Source: Tubiluchus corallicola (Eukaryota; Animalia; Priapulida). Taken from it: a stretch of DNA of 64,000 bases. Where the stretch lies: positions 44,960-108,959 of the forward strand of contig JAQGDQ010000709.1 in the NCBI GenBank assembly GCA_030141605.1, in the 5' to 3' direction. Position 1 is the stretch's first letter. Every line of letters starts with the position of its first letter. Positions 26,783 to 40,837 of this stretch are shown in pieces. Below the pieces are notes generated by a model, which saw only the letters and a list, made by a program, of their open reading frames with translations, was not told the origin of the DNA and made no database searches. Position numbers and translations under genes: made by a program.

Positions 26783-27799
26783 GTGAATAGATTACTCTTT
26801 TTTTCACACAAATGCCAGACACAAAAGAATCCAGATCAGTTCATGATACGAACGACAGAAACAACAATTATTTGATGTCAAGAATTTTGAGAGCATTTTA
26901 AATTCAAGTAAATTCTGCAGGCAATACGTTGTTTTTGAAACGGCAACGGCAACAGCTCGTGTTTTTGTAACAACATTCCAGTTAAATATGCAAAATAATT
27001 CTCCCCAACAGCTCCTAGAGAATTCGAACAATGCTTCCTCACAGAGCCGTTTAACGAAGCGCCGAAGAAATTTGCGGAATTCGCCAGTTTTCTGCACTAA
27101 AGACCTGCTAATGGACAATGTGTGTTCGTCGCCATTTTTAGCTCGAATACACATTTGAAAACTACGCGCAGAATTAAGGGGAGTATTTGTATAACTTATA
27201 ACAATATTTTCACTGCGTCATCTACTGTCTGTGGTGTTAGTTTACACGGTTGTAGAGACAGCAGTTCCTCCAGCCCCGGGTGTGAATGGAAAACCTCGAA
27301 AATTTGCATGAGAAACGGCAAGCGAGGCGCCATTGTTGTGGGCGAAGTTTGTTTCCTATTGTCTGTGGAGAGACAGGTGTAAAAGAGAAATAAGTTTAAT
27401 TCACTGATGTGTCGGTATGCGTTGGTTTGCTGTTCACAGGTCATTATCCTGGCCTGTTTTCAAAAATTGTAATTGAATTGGGTTCTTCCTTTTTTTCTGT
27501 TTTACCACAATCTCCAGTCTATAGTAATTAAAGTTTGTTTTATGCCACCCTATTTTACTTCATTTTAGCTTACATTATATTACCTTCCTTTACTTATTGT
27601 ACCTTGGCTTACTTAAGTCTATTTTTCTTTACGCTAAGATAAAAATGATCAAGACTTAGAGGCAGGTAAAATAAGGTGATTTTTCCTTTCTTGTTTTTGC
27701 TTATTTGGTTTGTTGCTTGATGTTGTCTCCGCTTTTTCTGGCTTCTTATGTTACTTTTTACTGTTCCTGTTTGTTTTGTATTGATTTACCTCGTTTGAC

Positions 27800-28560
27800 C
27801 TTGTTTTTACCCTCCTTACCCTACCTTTTCTTCTACTTTACTTTATTAGTGCTTCTTTGCTTTACCTTACCTTACCTTACCTTTACTTAACTTAACTTAC
27901 TCTACCTTACTTTACCTTAACTTACCTTTCATTGTCTTTCCTTACTTTACCTTACCTTACTACTTTACCGTGCCTTGCTTTGCCTTATTTTGCTTACTTT
28001 ACTGTATCTTTCTTACATGACTTCTTAGTCTTTACTTTAACTTACCTTACATTACCTTACATTACCTTAGTTTATCTCATTATCCTACCTTTCCTTATCT
28101 TACCTTACTTTCCTTACCTTTCCTTACCTTACCTTACATTACCTTTTCTTACCTTACCTTACATCACCTTATCTTACCTTGCCTTACTTTACCTTATCTC
28201 ATATCATGTTATCTTACCTTACCTTACCTTACCATGCATTACCCTACACCTTACTTTACCTAACTTTACCTTTACCTTGCCTTACCTTACCTTATCTATA
28301 TTATGTTATCTTACTTTACGTTACCTTACCTTGCATTACTTTGCCTTACTTTACCTTTACGCTGCCTTACCTTACCTTACCTTACCTTACTTTGCCTTAC
28401 TTTACCTTTACGTTGCCTTACCTTACCTTACTTTGCCTTACTTTACCTTTACCTATCTTACCTTACCTTACGTTTAGCCTGCATAACTTACCTTACTTTA
28501 CCTTTACCTTACCTTACCTGATCTGACTTTTCTTTACCTTATTTTTCACTTCACTTTACG
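27800..28560. repeat. Degenerate (CCTTA)n pentanucleotide satellite
   Basis: Direct reading. Confidence 0.92.
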
Positions 28561-29634
28561 TTAACAACTAACTTGCAACATATATGCAACCATCTAACTG
28601 CTGAGTCAAAATGATAATCATCGATTCCTGTATTGTGAATATTGTGAACTTTAACTCGTTGTCAATTTTTACAAAATTCAATTAGCTGCGTTATTTACAT
28701 AACGCAGATTTGCATGTATTTTAACGCAGCTTCCTGCACACGAAACGTTTGATGTTATAATTGAAATTTTCATTTCTGACAACCTTGATTCGATTTATTA
28801 AAACTGAGCCTAGCAAAATCACGACCAAATCGCATATTTTATGAGCAACGCAGTGTTAATTTACCCGTTGGTTAGTGAAATAATTTAAAGGGACAATAAA
28901 CACATTTTTGCGTTGTCTTCGATTGCCTGAGTTTATTTGGCAAAACTTGCACATTGCCACGTGTACCAGTTCCTCCCTAGATCATGTGTCCCCCCCTTCT
29001 TTTATCTCAAACTTGTCTGTGAGGAAACATAGCTACTCCATCATGGTGGGAGCTCCTCCGTATTCTTTTGCATTTTAGTACTGCGATTTAACCAGACAGA
29101 CGATTTCGCACCGAGATTGTGCCTATATCTCTGAATCCTTCTGGACTCACACCGCAGTGGGTCAACATGTCACTGACCACGTACCGCGGCAATCTTTTTC
29201 CTGTGAGTGATAACATGTTGATTGCCGTTGACGTCCCATATTGCCACGTATCGACAGTCCGTGCTGATATGAATTGACGTAGTTTGGGAAGCTGACACTC
29301 GCATCCTCATCTCTTTGTGTCATGATCTTTGGCTGCCTGATTTGCTGCCATTCCAACAAAGCAAGAATCCAGTCTCCCTTTGTTGCATCTTCCTTTGCAA
29401 TGTTGTAGAATGCGATTTCTCTGCGCACGTAATCGAATGTCAGTCATTTTTCGTACTAGACGATGATTAAATTTCGTTTAGTGTGCAAATACCAATGGGT
29501 TATTGCTACTGTGCTGTTTTGGTAAATTGCCTTTCCTTTATTCTACCATTCTCACTGTTATTATACGTTCATATGCTTTCTATACGGTAGCAGGCTTCGA
29601 GTCATGTTTTTTGTAGGTTACTCCCCCTTTATTA

Positions 29635-30416
29635 TATTATGTTAAGTTATGTTATGTTATGTTATGTTATGTTATGTTATGTTATGTTATGTTATGTTAT
29701 GTTATGTTATGTTATGTTATGTTATGTTATGTTATGTTATGTTATGTTATGTTATGTTATGTTATGTTATGTTATGTTATGTTATGTTATGTTATGTTAT
29801 GTTGTTATGTTATGTTATACTGTACTGTACTGTACTGTACTATACTATACTATACTATACTATACTGTACTGTACTGTACTGTACTGTACTGTACTGTAC
29901 TGTACTGTACTGTACTGTACTGTACTGTACTGTACTGTACTGTACTGTACTGTACTGTACTGTACTGTACTGTACTATACTATACTATACTATACTATAC
30001 TATACTATACTATACTATACTATACTTTACTATACTATACTATACTATACTATACTATACTATACTATACTATACTATACTATACTATATACTATACTAC
30101 ACTACACTACACTACTATATAGTATGACTGTACACTACACTATACTATTCTATACTGTATAGTTTATACTATACTATACTATACTATACTATACTATACT
30201 ATACTATACTTATACTATACTATACTATACTATACTATACTATACTATACTATACTATACTATACTATACTATACTATACTATACTATACTATACTATAC
30301 TATACTATTCTATTCTATACTATACTATACTATACTATACTATACTATACTATACTATACTATACTATACTATACTATACTATACTATACTATACTATAC
30401 TATACTATACTATACT
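29635..30416. repeat. Compound pentanucleotide array (TTATG)n-(TACTG)n-(TACTA)n
   Basis: Direct reading. Confidence 0.97.
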
Positions 30417-30536
30417 GCGTGCATCAAAGTTGCTTGGGCCGAGTAATTGGGAATAATTAGTCGTCGTTAGAATCTCATGTTCAAATACCTGACGTAACTT
30501 TTGTGTTGTGGCCAAAGATCGTTGTTAGCTGGTCAT

Positions 30537-31700
30537 TAGGGGTGAGCATTCTCTACCACAAGGTGAATTCGAGTCGAATCAAATTTGTTGCATTAGAATC
30601 CGAATCGAGTTCGAATTCAGTTTTAAAGAATTTAGAATACTTAAATTTTCGAATCATCAAGAAGTCTCAAAAAGATCTTGCGTATTTTATTCTGCAGTAA
30701 AAACGCCAATACTTTGTTTAAAAGTCATACAGAAATCCTCGTTAACCCTTTCATACCCGTTGATCCCGTAGGATACGAGAATATTTTCTGCCTTTAAAAT
30801 TAATAAAATTTTAAAACTGACAGTTATTTGATCTGTTAATAGTTATTTTGCTTTAAGTCAATAACAATAAACTAAAAATGGTGATAAAATGGCAAACTAG
30901 AAAATCTACATAGCATAAAAAACAGTGCAAGGTACAGTACTTTACAGACGACTTTGTACAGATCAGCATAGCGTGAATGCTAAATGTCTTAAATACTTTA
31001 AAAAATTATCAGCAGTTGCAAAATGAAGCACATTTTATGCTTCCATTGATCCCAATGTATCCCGTGGGATACAGGCTATATTTAGCACGCGGGCACAGGT
31101 AAGAAAAAATTATTATGTGTAAACAAGATGGACATACTGAACAAAAGTACCAAGCCAAAATTTTTTTTCTTATTAAAAAATAATTTGGGACTCAAAGGGT
31201 TAAACTATTCCGATGCTCTGATGTTTTAAACGTTTCAATGATGAAGAACGTATGTAGTTTATTTACTAAATTATTCGAATCCGTAATTGTGAGTTCGAAC
31301 CGAAAAACGCGTTTGAGTCGAATTCGAACACAAACCAGTTTTTTTAGTTCGAATTCGGTTCGAACCTAAAGTTATAGATTTGAATAGTTGAGCACTTCAG
31401 CCACATACGTTCCGTATCATTAAAATGTTTGAAATAGGTTGCTAAAAAGTACAATTTAGCTGCAGTTTCTGTGCAAAATTTTTAACAAACTAATACTGAC
31501 TTTACTGCAGGACAAAATCAAGTAGTGCACATAATCTTTGTAAAACCGCTTTTACTAGTGTTTCGAAAACTTGTTCGAATATCTTTCCAACTCATTTCCA
31601 ATTCAATTCGGATTCGAAATACCGAAATTCGGTTCGATTCGAATGTCACAAATTCGATTCGATTCGAATTCGCTTTCTGGGTAGAGAATGCTTACCCCCG
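30537..31700 (+). mobile_element. hAT-like TIR element (TTCGAA-rich) hosting piggyBac MITE copy 2
   Basis: TIRs TAGGGGTGAGCATTCTCTACC / GGTAGAGAATGCTTACCCCCG; degenerate 8-bp flanks CTGGTCAT / CTGACCAC. Confidence 0.75.
30746..31199 (-). mobile_element. piggyBac-type MITE copy 2 (inverted)
   Basis: TTAA|CCCTTTCATACCCG...GGGACTCAAAGGG|TTAA; reverse complement of 19872-20332. Confidence 0.93.
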
Positions 31701-32574
31701 CTGACCACCCGGGGTGTAATGGGGTAGGCGCCTGGAACTGGCAGCAAGCTGGTCGATGCAATAATTAAGATTTCAAATAGCCGCTGAAGGGTTAAATTAA
31801 TGTTGACATTTCTTGGACGAAAACGCACACGTGAAATGAATGCACCATCAAATCTTTTTTGACTGACAGTTTAGACGTGAAGACGTTTATAAGGCAAACT
31901 TTAATTTGTTTACGATGTGAGCGAGCGCAGATGTGAATGAGACACGCAGCCGCGCAAATTGTGCAAATGCGCTTTGTTCGCTGTTGCGTCACGTGACCAT
32001 GGTTTTTGCAATGATTGATGGCGACAGAGGAAATGGATATCTTCTCTTTTAATTCTATACCCGTTCTCTCAGTGTTGATGACTAATGAGTAGCATGAAGC
32101 AAGCACTCTGGGCTCTTGACTCGCAGAACAAAAACCCGTGCATTACAGTTTTATACAAAGGGGCGCTAAGACATCGAATTGTCTCATGGAGAGCGAGATA
32201 GGGTCATGTTTCACTTCCATAGCTTCAGGGAAGAAGGGGTTATGATGTGGCATTACAATGGTTAATGAGTTTACCATACAGTGAAGGTGACTCATATGAT
32301 TAACTGTCATATAGTTCAGTAATACCGTGGCCTTCTGTTGTCCACTTTAAATGAATTTTATGCTCTGTAAATAGTTGGGTTAATTATGCAGCTGGGTCAA
32401 TAACTATGTGGTTATTAAGTAAGCCAGACTAAATCCAGGCCTCTGACTTGTAGATTTGATTATAAAAAATGTAAAACTAATTCATTAAAATGTGATTTAT
32501 AGTGTGGAACCCACATGTTCCCTAAACTGAAGTGCGTTATATTAAACTACACATTGCTTGATAGAAGTCATATT

Positions 32575-33970
<1,396 letters not shown>

Positions 33971-35145
33971 TCTGTTAATCAACCCTTTGTCACTTTGTAC
34001 ATCTCTTTTAAATAAGAACTATTAATGAAACCTACAAGTGAAAAACATTGGGGTTCATTTCCTAATTATTTTGCCTTGCTCTTGTTGACTTTTTGAAATT
34101 ATAAAGGCTTGATTTTGTATAGGGCAAGTAGATAAATATTGTGATACATTGAATGCTAATGATGGATAGTAGTTACCTTGTATTCCAATGCAAAAATCCG
34201 AGTAATGCTGCCAAAATTATTGATTATTTATTTACATGGGGCGATTGTCCGCCGACCACGTGATCACTTAGCAAACGTTGAAAAGCGTTTTTGTCAGCCA
34301 AAACGTGTTTTGTGAATTCAGACTGAAATTGTGTCTGTTCAGTCCGGCCCATCCCTGCTATTCAAATATTATTTTAGCGCCGAGTAAAAATATTTTTCAA
34401 ACCTTGAAGGTGAGGCGCCTATCGCTGCGATGTGACCTGAAATAATGGCGATTTGTTCACGTTAAAACATGGCCGTGTATTATGTATTGTGTGAGCACCT
34501 TCTAAACGCTTCTATTTGGTAGCTCGACTCGTTCACGTAATATTATGCCCGGCTTAAACAACACGCCAATGTTATTGCAGTAATATTTTGTATTTGTTCA
34601 ACAATATTTGACTTACACTAATATTAAATGCATGCGCTTCAGCTGAGCCCAGGTCGTCAGCGTACATTAGGTGATTGACGCGCTGGTGTATGCCCTGTTT
34701 ACGCTCGCGAGCTGTTGGTTTGCATTGGGGGCACTTCGAACCTTATGTTTCTGACAAAGTTGGGTTATTTTCAGAGTTCGTGTTGATTAGGACTGAAGCT
34801 TGATGGACGTTTTGAAAGTGCAGAATGCTGAAAAGTTTATGCATCCCATTCTCTTCTTCATCATCTCGCGCTGTTCTCCAGGGGCACTGAGTACATTAGT
34901 TAAAAAGTAGTTTCTTCCCTAATGCTGTTCAGAACGCTAAACACGATACAAGTGTTTCGTGAAAACAGCCATTTTATTGAGTTTAATCAACTGTATAATC
35001 ATTAATGTAATTGGTTACAAAATCATTATTTAGGAAAGACGCCATAATATTTTCACATTGGCAATGAGTACGAAGTTGAAAAAGTGCTGCAAGCACGGAA
35101 TATTTTTCAGCCGCCTAAGACTCGGGAATGTTATACACATAGTTA

Positions 35146-35645
35146 TGGGTACCAAAGTACAAAGTTCGAAAAGAGTAGGTGCATTTCAAATTACTCGAAG
35201 CTGTAAAAAGTTCACGAGGCAGATAGTAACACAATAAAAACCTTAGTTTAGAGTACTTGAATGAAAGGACAACTCGCTTAGCATGTTGAGTTTATTTTAC
35301 TGTTATCACTTAAACTTAGAAAAATAAAACACAGAAATTTGCAGGAAAACTGGTGCCGTGGTAACCCCCCATTCAGTTGAAAATTATGACGTAACTGGTG
35401 GATTTTGTGTTTTTCGTAAGCACATCGTGGCTTTCCACTAAGAATTCCCTTTTTTAGTTACATAAGTCTTTCAGAGAGGTAAGCATAATGCTAAATAATA
35501 TAACTTTGTGTGGAAAGCTCTTTCAGAAAAACTTTACTGCTTTAAAATTGCCTTTTCTTCCACATTTAAGTTAAAAAAGATTTTGATGTCGACTAAGCGA
35601 ATAAAGCTGTACATTTGTACGTAGACTGACATGTCATCTCATTTT
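35146..35645 (+). repeat. ~500-bp interspersed repeat, copy A
   Basis: GGGTACCAAAGTACAAAGTTCGAAAAGAGTAGG...GACATGTCAT nearly identical to 37588-38080; diverged inverted relative at ~43250-43825. Confidence 0.9.
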
Positions 35646-36537
35646 GTCTGCATCACGAAACTGGAATGTTTTTAATATTAATTACTTGAGGGATGAAAAT
35701 TTTTCGCGGATACGCGGAATTCCGAGTTTTTGCAAGACCAGTAGTGCCATTTTTGTAACTCGCGTAAATTCGTTGAGAAAATTTTTACGGACCCAGTACA
35801 TTATTTCATAAGCTTACCGCTAGTTGGCAGGCCATCACTTTGTTTACATCACATACATCAGTGTAACCACGTGTATATCCCTATGTATAAAAATATAGAA
35901 TCAATTGTGCGGAGTTATTTCAGTCAATTGCAGACAGTTTTTATATACTTTTGCATAGGAGCGGCCAGTACTTAGGCGTTTTTGAGACAATTAGGTATCA
36001 CGTATCCTTGATAGTTAGGTATTTTAAATTATGCATGAAACAAGGTAACTGATATTTTAAGTCCACTTAGAGGCTCTCTATGGTCACAAAGTGTCTTTAA
36101 TGCAGTTAAAATACTTGGCCACGATGAGTTATTCCTTTTGTGGCTTGAAACGTGACACTCGGAATTTTCATTAGGGATAAATTATTTTGCTCAAACAGAG
36201 CAAAACAGAGGATGCTTATTACTGAAAATGTTTTAATTTTAACCGCGTATTTGCTTTGCAAATGTGCGCAGAGTTGTTACGCAGCCTGCATGTTAATTGT
36301 GACTTTCATGGGTTTGCTGTCAAAATCGTACTTATCACGTGTCTTTTGCCATGTCTTTATATGGCGAGGGAAGCAAGCTAAGAGACAGCTATGCGAATTT
36401 GGCTGTGAAAATTAAGCAGTGCTGGATCCGGTTAATAATGGTTAGTTGACTGCCGGGAAAAGGATTTTACATTTATGTAAATGAGTGCCCTGGTGTCAAC
36501 TACAAACGTTACCGAAATTTACTAAATAGACCTATGA

Positions 36538-37203
36538 AGTGAGTGAGTGAAGGCTGAGTGAGTGAGTGAGTGAGTGAGTGAAGGCTGAGTGAGTGAGTGG
36601 TGGTGGTGGTGAAGTGAAGGCTGGTGGTGGTGTGAGTGAGTGAGTGAGTGAGTGAGTGGTGAGTGAGTGAGTGAGTGAGTGCTGAGTGAAGGCTGAGTGA
36701 GTGAGTGGTGAGTGAGTGAGTGAGTGAGTGAGTGAGTGAGTGAGTGAGTGGTGAGTGAGTGAGTGAGTGAGTGCTGAGTGAAGGCTGAGTGAGTGAGTGG
36801 TGAGTGAGTGAGTGGTGAGTGAGTGAGTGAGTGAAGGCTGAGTGAAGGCTGAGTGAGTGAGTGGTGAGTGAGTGAGTGAAGGCTGAGTGAGTGAGTGAGT
36901 GAGTGCTGAGTGAAGGCTGAGTGAGTGAGTGGTGAGTGAGTGAGTGAAGGCTGAGTGAGTGAGTGAGTGGGTGAGTGAGTTGGTGAGTGAGTGAGTGAAG
37001 GCTGAGTGAGTGAGTGAGTGAGTGAGTGAGTGAGTGAGTGAGTGAGTGCTGAGTGAAGGCTGAGTGAGTGAGTGGTGATTGAGTGAGTGAAGGCTGAGTG
37101 AGTGAGTGAGTGAGTGGGTGAGTGAGTGAAGGCTGAGTGAGCGAGTGAGTGGTGATTGAGTGAGTCAGTGAGTGAGTGGTGAGTGAGTGAGTGAGTGAGT
37201 GAT
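36538..37203. repeat. (GAGT)n microsatellite with GAAGGCT and GGT interruptions
   Basis: Direct reading. Confidence 0.95.
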
Positions 37204-37587
37204 AGTGACGAGCAATTTTGTAGTTCGATTATAATCTTGTTCTTCTAATTCGATATCACGATTAATCTTTTGCTGTAATTTTTTAGTATTTCAGCCATAT
37301 TTTTCAAACATTGCAACACCGAAGTATAGCCTAAAAACGTCTTCATGGTTTTCGTCGCCGCCTGCCATTTTCGTACTTTTAAACTATTTTTACAGACATG
37401 GACATTCATAACATCTCTACTATTACTACGTCAACTACACACGTCACGTGAAAACGAATTTGAAGCCCCAGTTTGCAACACTGTGTGTGCGCAATTGTCT
37501 AAAGTGAAAAAAAACGAAGAAAAGGTGCAAAGATTCCTTTTATTTGTGCTAAAATACCGTCGTTTAGATAGTATGTCACGTATATTT

Positions 37588-38082
37588 TGGGTACCAAAGT
37601 ACAAAGTTCGAAAAGAGTAGGTGCATTTGAAATTACTCGAAGCTGTAAAAAGTTCAATAGGCAAATAACACAATAAAAACCTTAGTTTAGTGTACTTGAA
37701 TGAAAGGACAAGTCGCTTAGCATGTTGAGTTTATTTTACTGTTATCACTTAAACTTAGAAAAATAAAACACAGAAATTTGCAGGAAAACTATTGCCGTGG
37801 TAACCCCCATTCAGTTGAAAATTATGACGTAATTGGTGGATTTTGTGTTTTTCGTAAGCACATCGTGGCTTTCCACTAAGAATTCCCTTTTTTAGTTACA
37901 TAAGTCTTTCAGAGAGGTAAGCATAATGCTAAATAATATAACTTTGTGTGGAAAGCTCTTTCGGAAAAACTTTACTGCTTTAAAATTGCCTTTTCTTCCA
38001 CATTTAAGTTAAAAAAGATTTTGATGTCGACTAAGCGAATAAAGCTGTGCATTCGTACGTAGATTGACATGTCATTTCATTT
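37588..38082 (+). repeat. ~500-bp interspersed repeat, copy B
   Basis: Near-identical to 35146-35645. Confidence 0.9.
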
Positions 38083-40837
38083 CATTACTACTTTATAATT
38101 GCCTTGCTCTTGATTAATCTCGATTAATTGAATTATTGGATCGATAACATCGATTTATACGTGTGTGTAGTCTCCATTAATCTATTAATCGCCCATCATT
38201 TGTGAGTGAGTCTAGTCTAAACTAATGTGTCTTCACAAAGACAAGTAAAATTTTAATAGTCTTGATGTGTGATGTCTTTCTATGTGGATTCGTTAGCCTA
38301 TTTAAAAAACAATTGTTTTTCTGCGTGATTACTTCTTATGAAGCTCCCCCCGTCATTTTTCCATCATATAATTCTGGATAATTTGAAGACTAACATCGCT
38401 AGAAATCCATGATTCTATTTAGTCTCCCGAGTTCGTAGTTTATTCACCAAAATGTCGAAGAGCGGGATTCATAGCCGTGTGGTCACGTATGCTTTGTACA
38501 AATAGTTTTGTACCAGCCTAGGTTCGATACTTTTATTGGGAAGTTTCACTTTGATTATGGCCGTTTGTCTCGTATAGGGAGAACGTATGCATATCCATGA
38601 TAACGAGCAGTGTTCCAATCTTACGACCCACATGAATGTTGAGCAAACCGGATTCAAGCTTGCGGTGAAATGGATAAAACAATACTGACTTGGGGGGGGG
38701 GGGGGGGCTTTATAGTATAAGGCTTGTTCAACCAAGTTTCACTGCCTATACACCGGCCTTTTATTAAATCTTTTATTAAATTTACTTACCTGTCTTTACG
38801 CTAGATGGCTCTGATTGACACCTATGAATTTAAGCGGCCGAACCAGTTTAAGTCTCCAGGTGTCTACGATTTTCGTATTTTTGTGTGTGTATAAAAAGTG
38901 TTTTTTTTTTCTGATTCTATCTCAAGTTTATTACGCTAGATGGCTCTGATTTGCACGTCGATATAAATTTCAGTCTCGGTTTCTTCCAACCGCTCTTCTC
39001 TTTAAGTTTCCAAGGTTTTCTTGTCTCAAACTTTGCTAAAACGTAAACAAGGGCTGGCATCGGTGGGCTGCAGTAAAAACATTTTCTCTTCTGTTAGATC
39101 AACAGAGTGTCTAGAGTAAATACATCACTCGTATCAGTGAAGAATTATCGTTAATTATAAACTGTTTGAAGTAGCTGGATAATTGTTGAAACAAAATTTT
39201 AGCAGAGTATCGCATTCTACTTCAGCTACTGTTGGTACTCAGAAGTTTAAACATTGTTATTGAGAAGGTGCCATCCATTAGAACTTGAGGTCTTTCAAAG
39301 TTTCACAATTGCGCAAGCCCTGTAGTAGCTGCTAGGTGCTGTGGGAAAATACGCTCAGTTTAGTGGCCAGAGATATGCTTTGAAGTTATTGTTGATGATA
39401 AGTCTTTATTAGCCTCTTTTTGCAGCCAAAAATATCTGTACTAACATTATACAATTTTACGTAGACACTATACAGAGTGAATTCTACAATATGTATTCTA
39501 ATATTCATGTTACAATACTCTGTAATTAGCTTTTCTAATTTGTGCATATAACATTTCTTACAGCGATATTAAACAAGAAGTATTGAAGTGCGCGCTAAAA
39601 TCAAGGTTATTAATGCAGCAAGTTTCCTGTAAAGTAACATAAAAATGCAGATAAATTGATATACCAAATTAATTGGATTCCAATTCAATGTTTAAATCCA
39701 CAAGAGTTTACAATCAGTAATCTCAAGAACTACACAAATTTAATCCGTATTTTACTAAAAATTAACAGCAGGATCTTAAAGTAAAAGGGTCCTTTACAAA
39801 GTAGGTTAGTGCCGATATTAAATTTTCATTTTTAGTCCAATACACAAGATTTAAATTCTCATTGCACAGTCCGTTTAGTAGTACATTTCGCCTATTTGCG
39901 TCGACTCGAGGACATCGGTATATCAAGTGTTCTGGATTCTGGGCTTCCGTGCCGCATTCAAGTTAAATAAGACTATGACGATTATACTTAAGTGTTGGGA
40001 TACTTTGTACGTTGTGTGATATTTTATGAACATAGTATTGTATATTGTATACAGCCCCCTTGCTCTGTGCTCAGAGCAGCATACTTTAAAAAAACATTTA
40101 AAAGATGTAAATCTCTATAGTCACTTATCCATTAACAGGAATCTGTAAGTAGCCTTGGCTCTTGGCTGTCCGTAATATTTTCATTCGCCATTTTTTCCCG
40201 TAAAATTTCTATCTGTGCTGTACATACGTTTTATCCTGATTTTATATTTTATACATTCTTGTAAATGTTTTGACATTTTTTAAATAAAAATTACGTATTA
40301 AACAAAACTTATTATTGTATAATGTTCATCCACTCAAATTAGTCTCTTATTTAACCAAATAAAAGCACGAAAGCAATACCAAGTTAGAAAGCCTGGAAAG
40401 TTTTTGCACCGAAACTGGGACTCGAACCCAGGCCTTTGTTTCTGGGCAGCTGAGTCATTGTTTATACGTTTTGTTCAGTCCTTTAACTACTCATTGTAAC
40501 TGTAACAAATTAGAAAAACTTGAAAAAATGCTCGTTAATAGGAATCGAACTCAGGTCTGCGTTCTGGGCAGGCGTGCCACCTTTACATCGTGACTTCATT
40601 ATTTTGTTCATTTCGTTGGCTTTGTCTATCGATCCACTTCAAAGTTTCACCTGCTCCTGTGTTCGTTTTGTTTTTAGTTCTCGTGTAAACTTGTCATCCT
40701 TCCTCCTTCTAATGATCATAGAATTTTTGTACACCACAAATAATTTGATTAATTAGTCTGTTAATTGGTTTGAGTGGTCATTTTTCTGGTTCGGGCGATC
40801 TGTCTGAAAGTGCTACAAGAGTTTACACGCAGTCTAA

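Noticed and set aside
27800-28560. Interstitial arthropod telomere repeat
   Set aside because: Motif is CCTTA/TAAGG, not CCTAA/TTAGG
29639-30162. Cys/Tyr-rich repeat proteins (MLCYV, YCTVL)
   Set aside because: Pentanucleotide microsatellite artefacts; same for 24036-24459 and 27932-28526
34775-34910. Additional coding exon of the BTB gene
   Set aside because: Exon 2 (YTGR) joins exon 3 (MILN) in frame with a complete BTB domain; this segment has stops and no domain match
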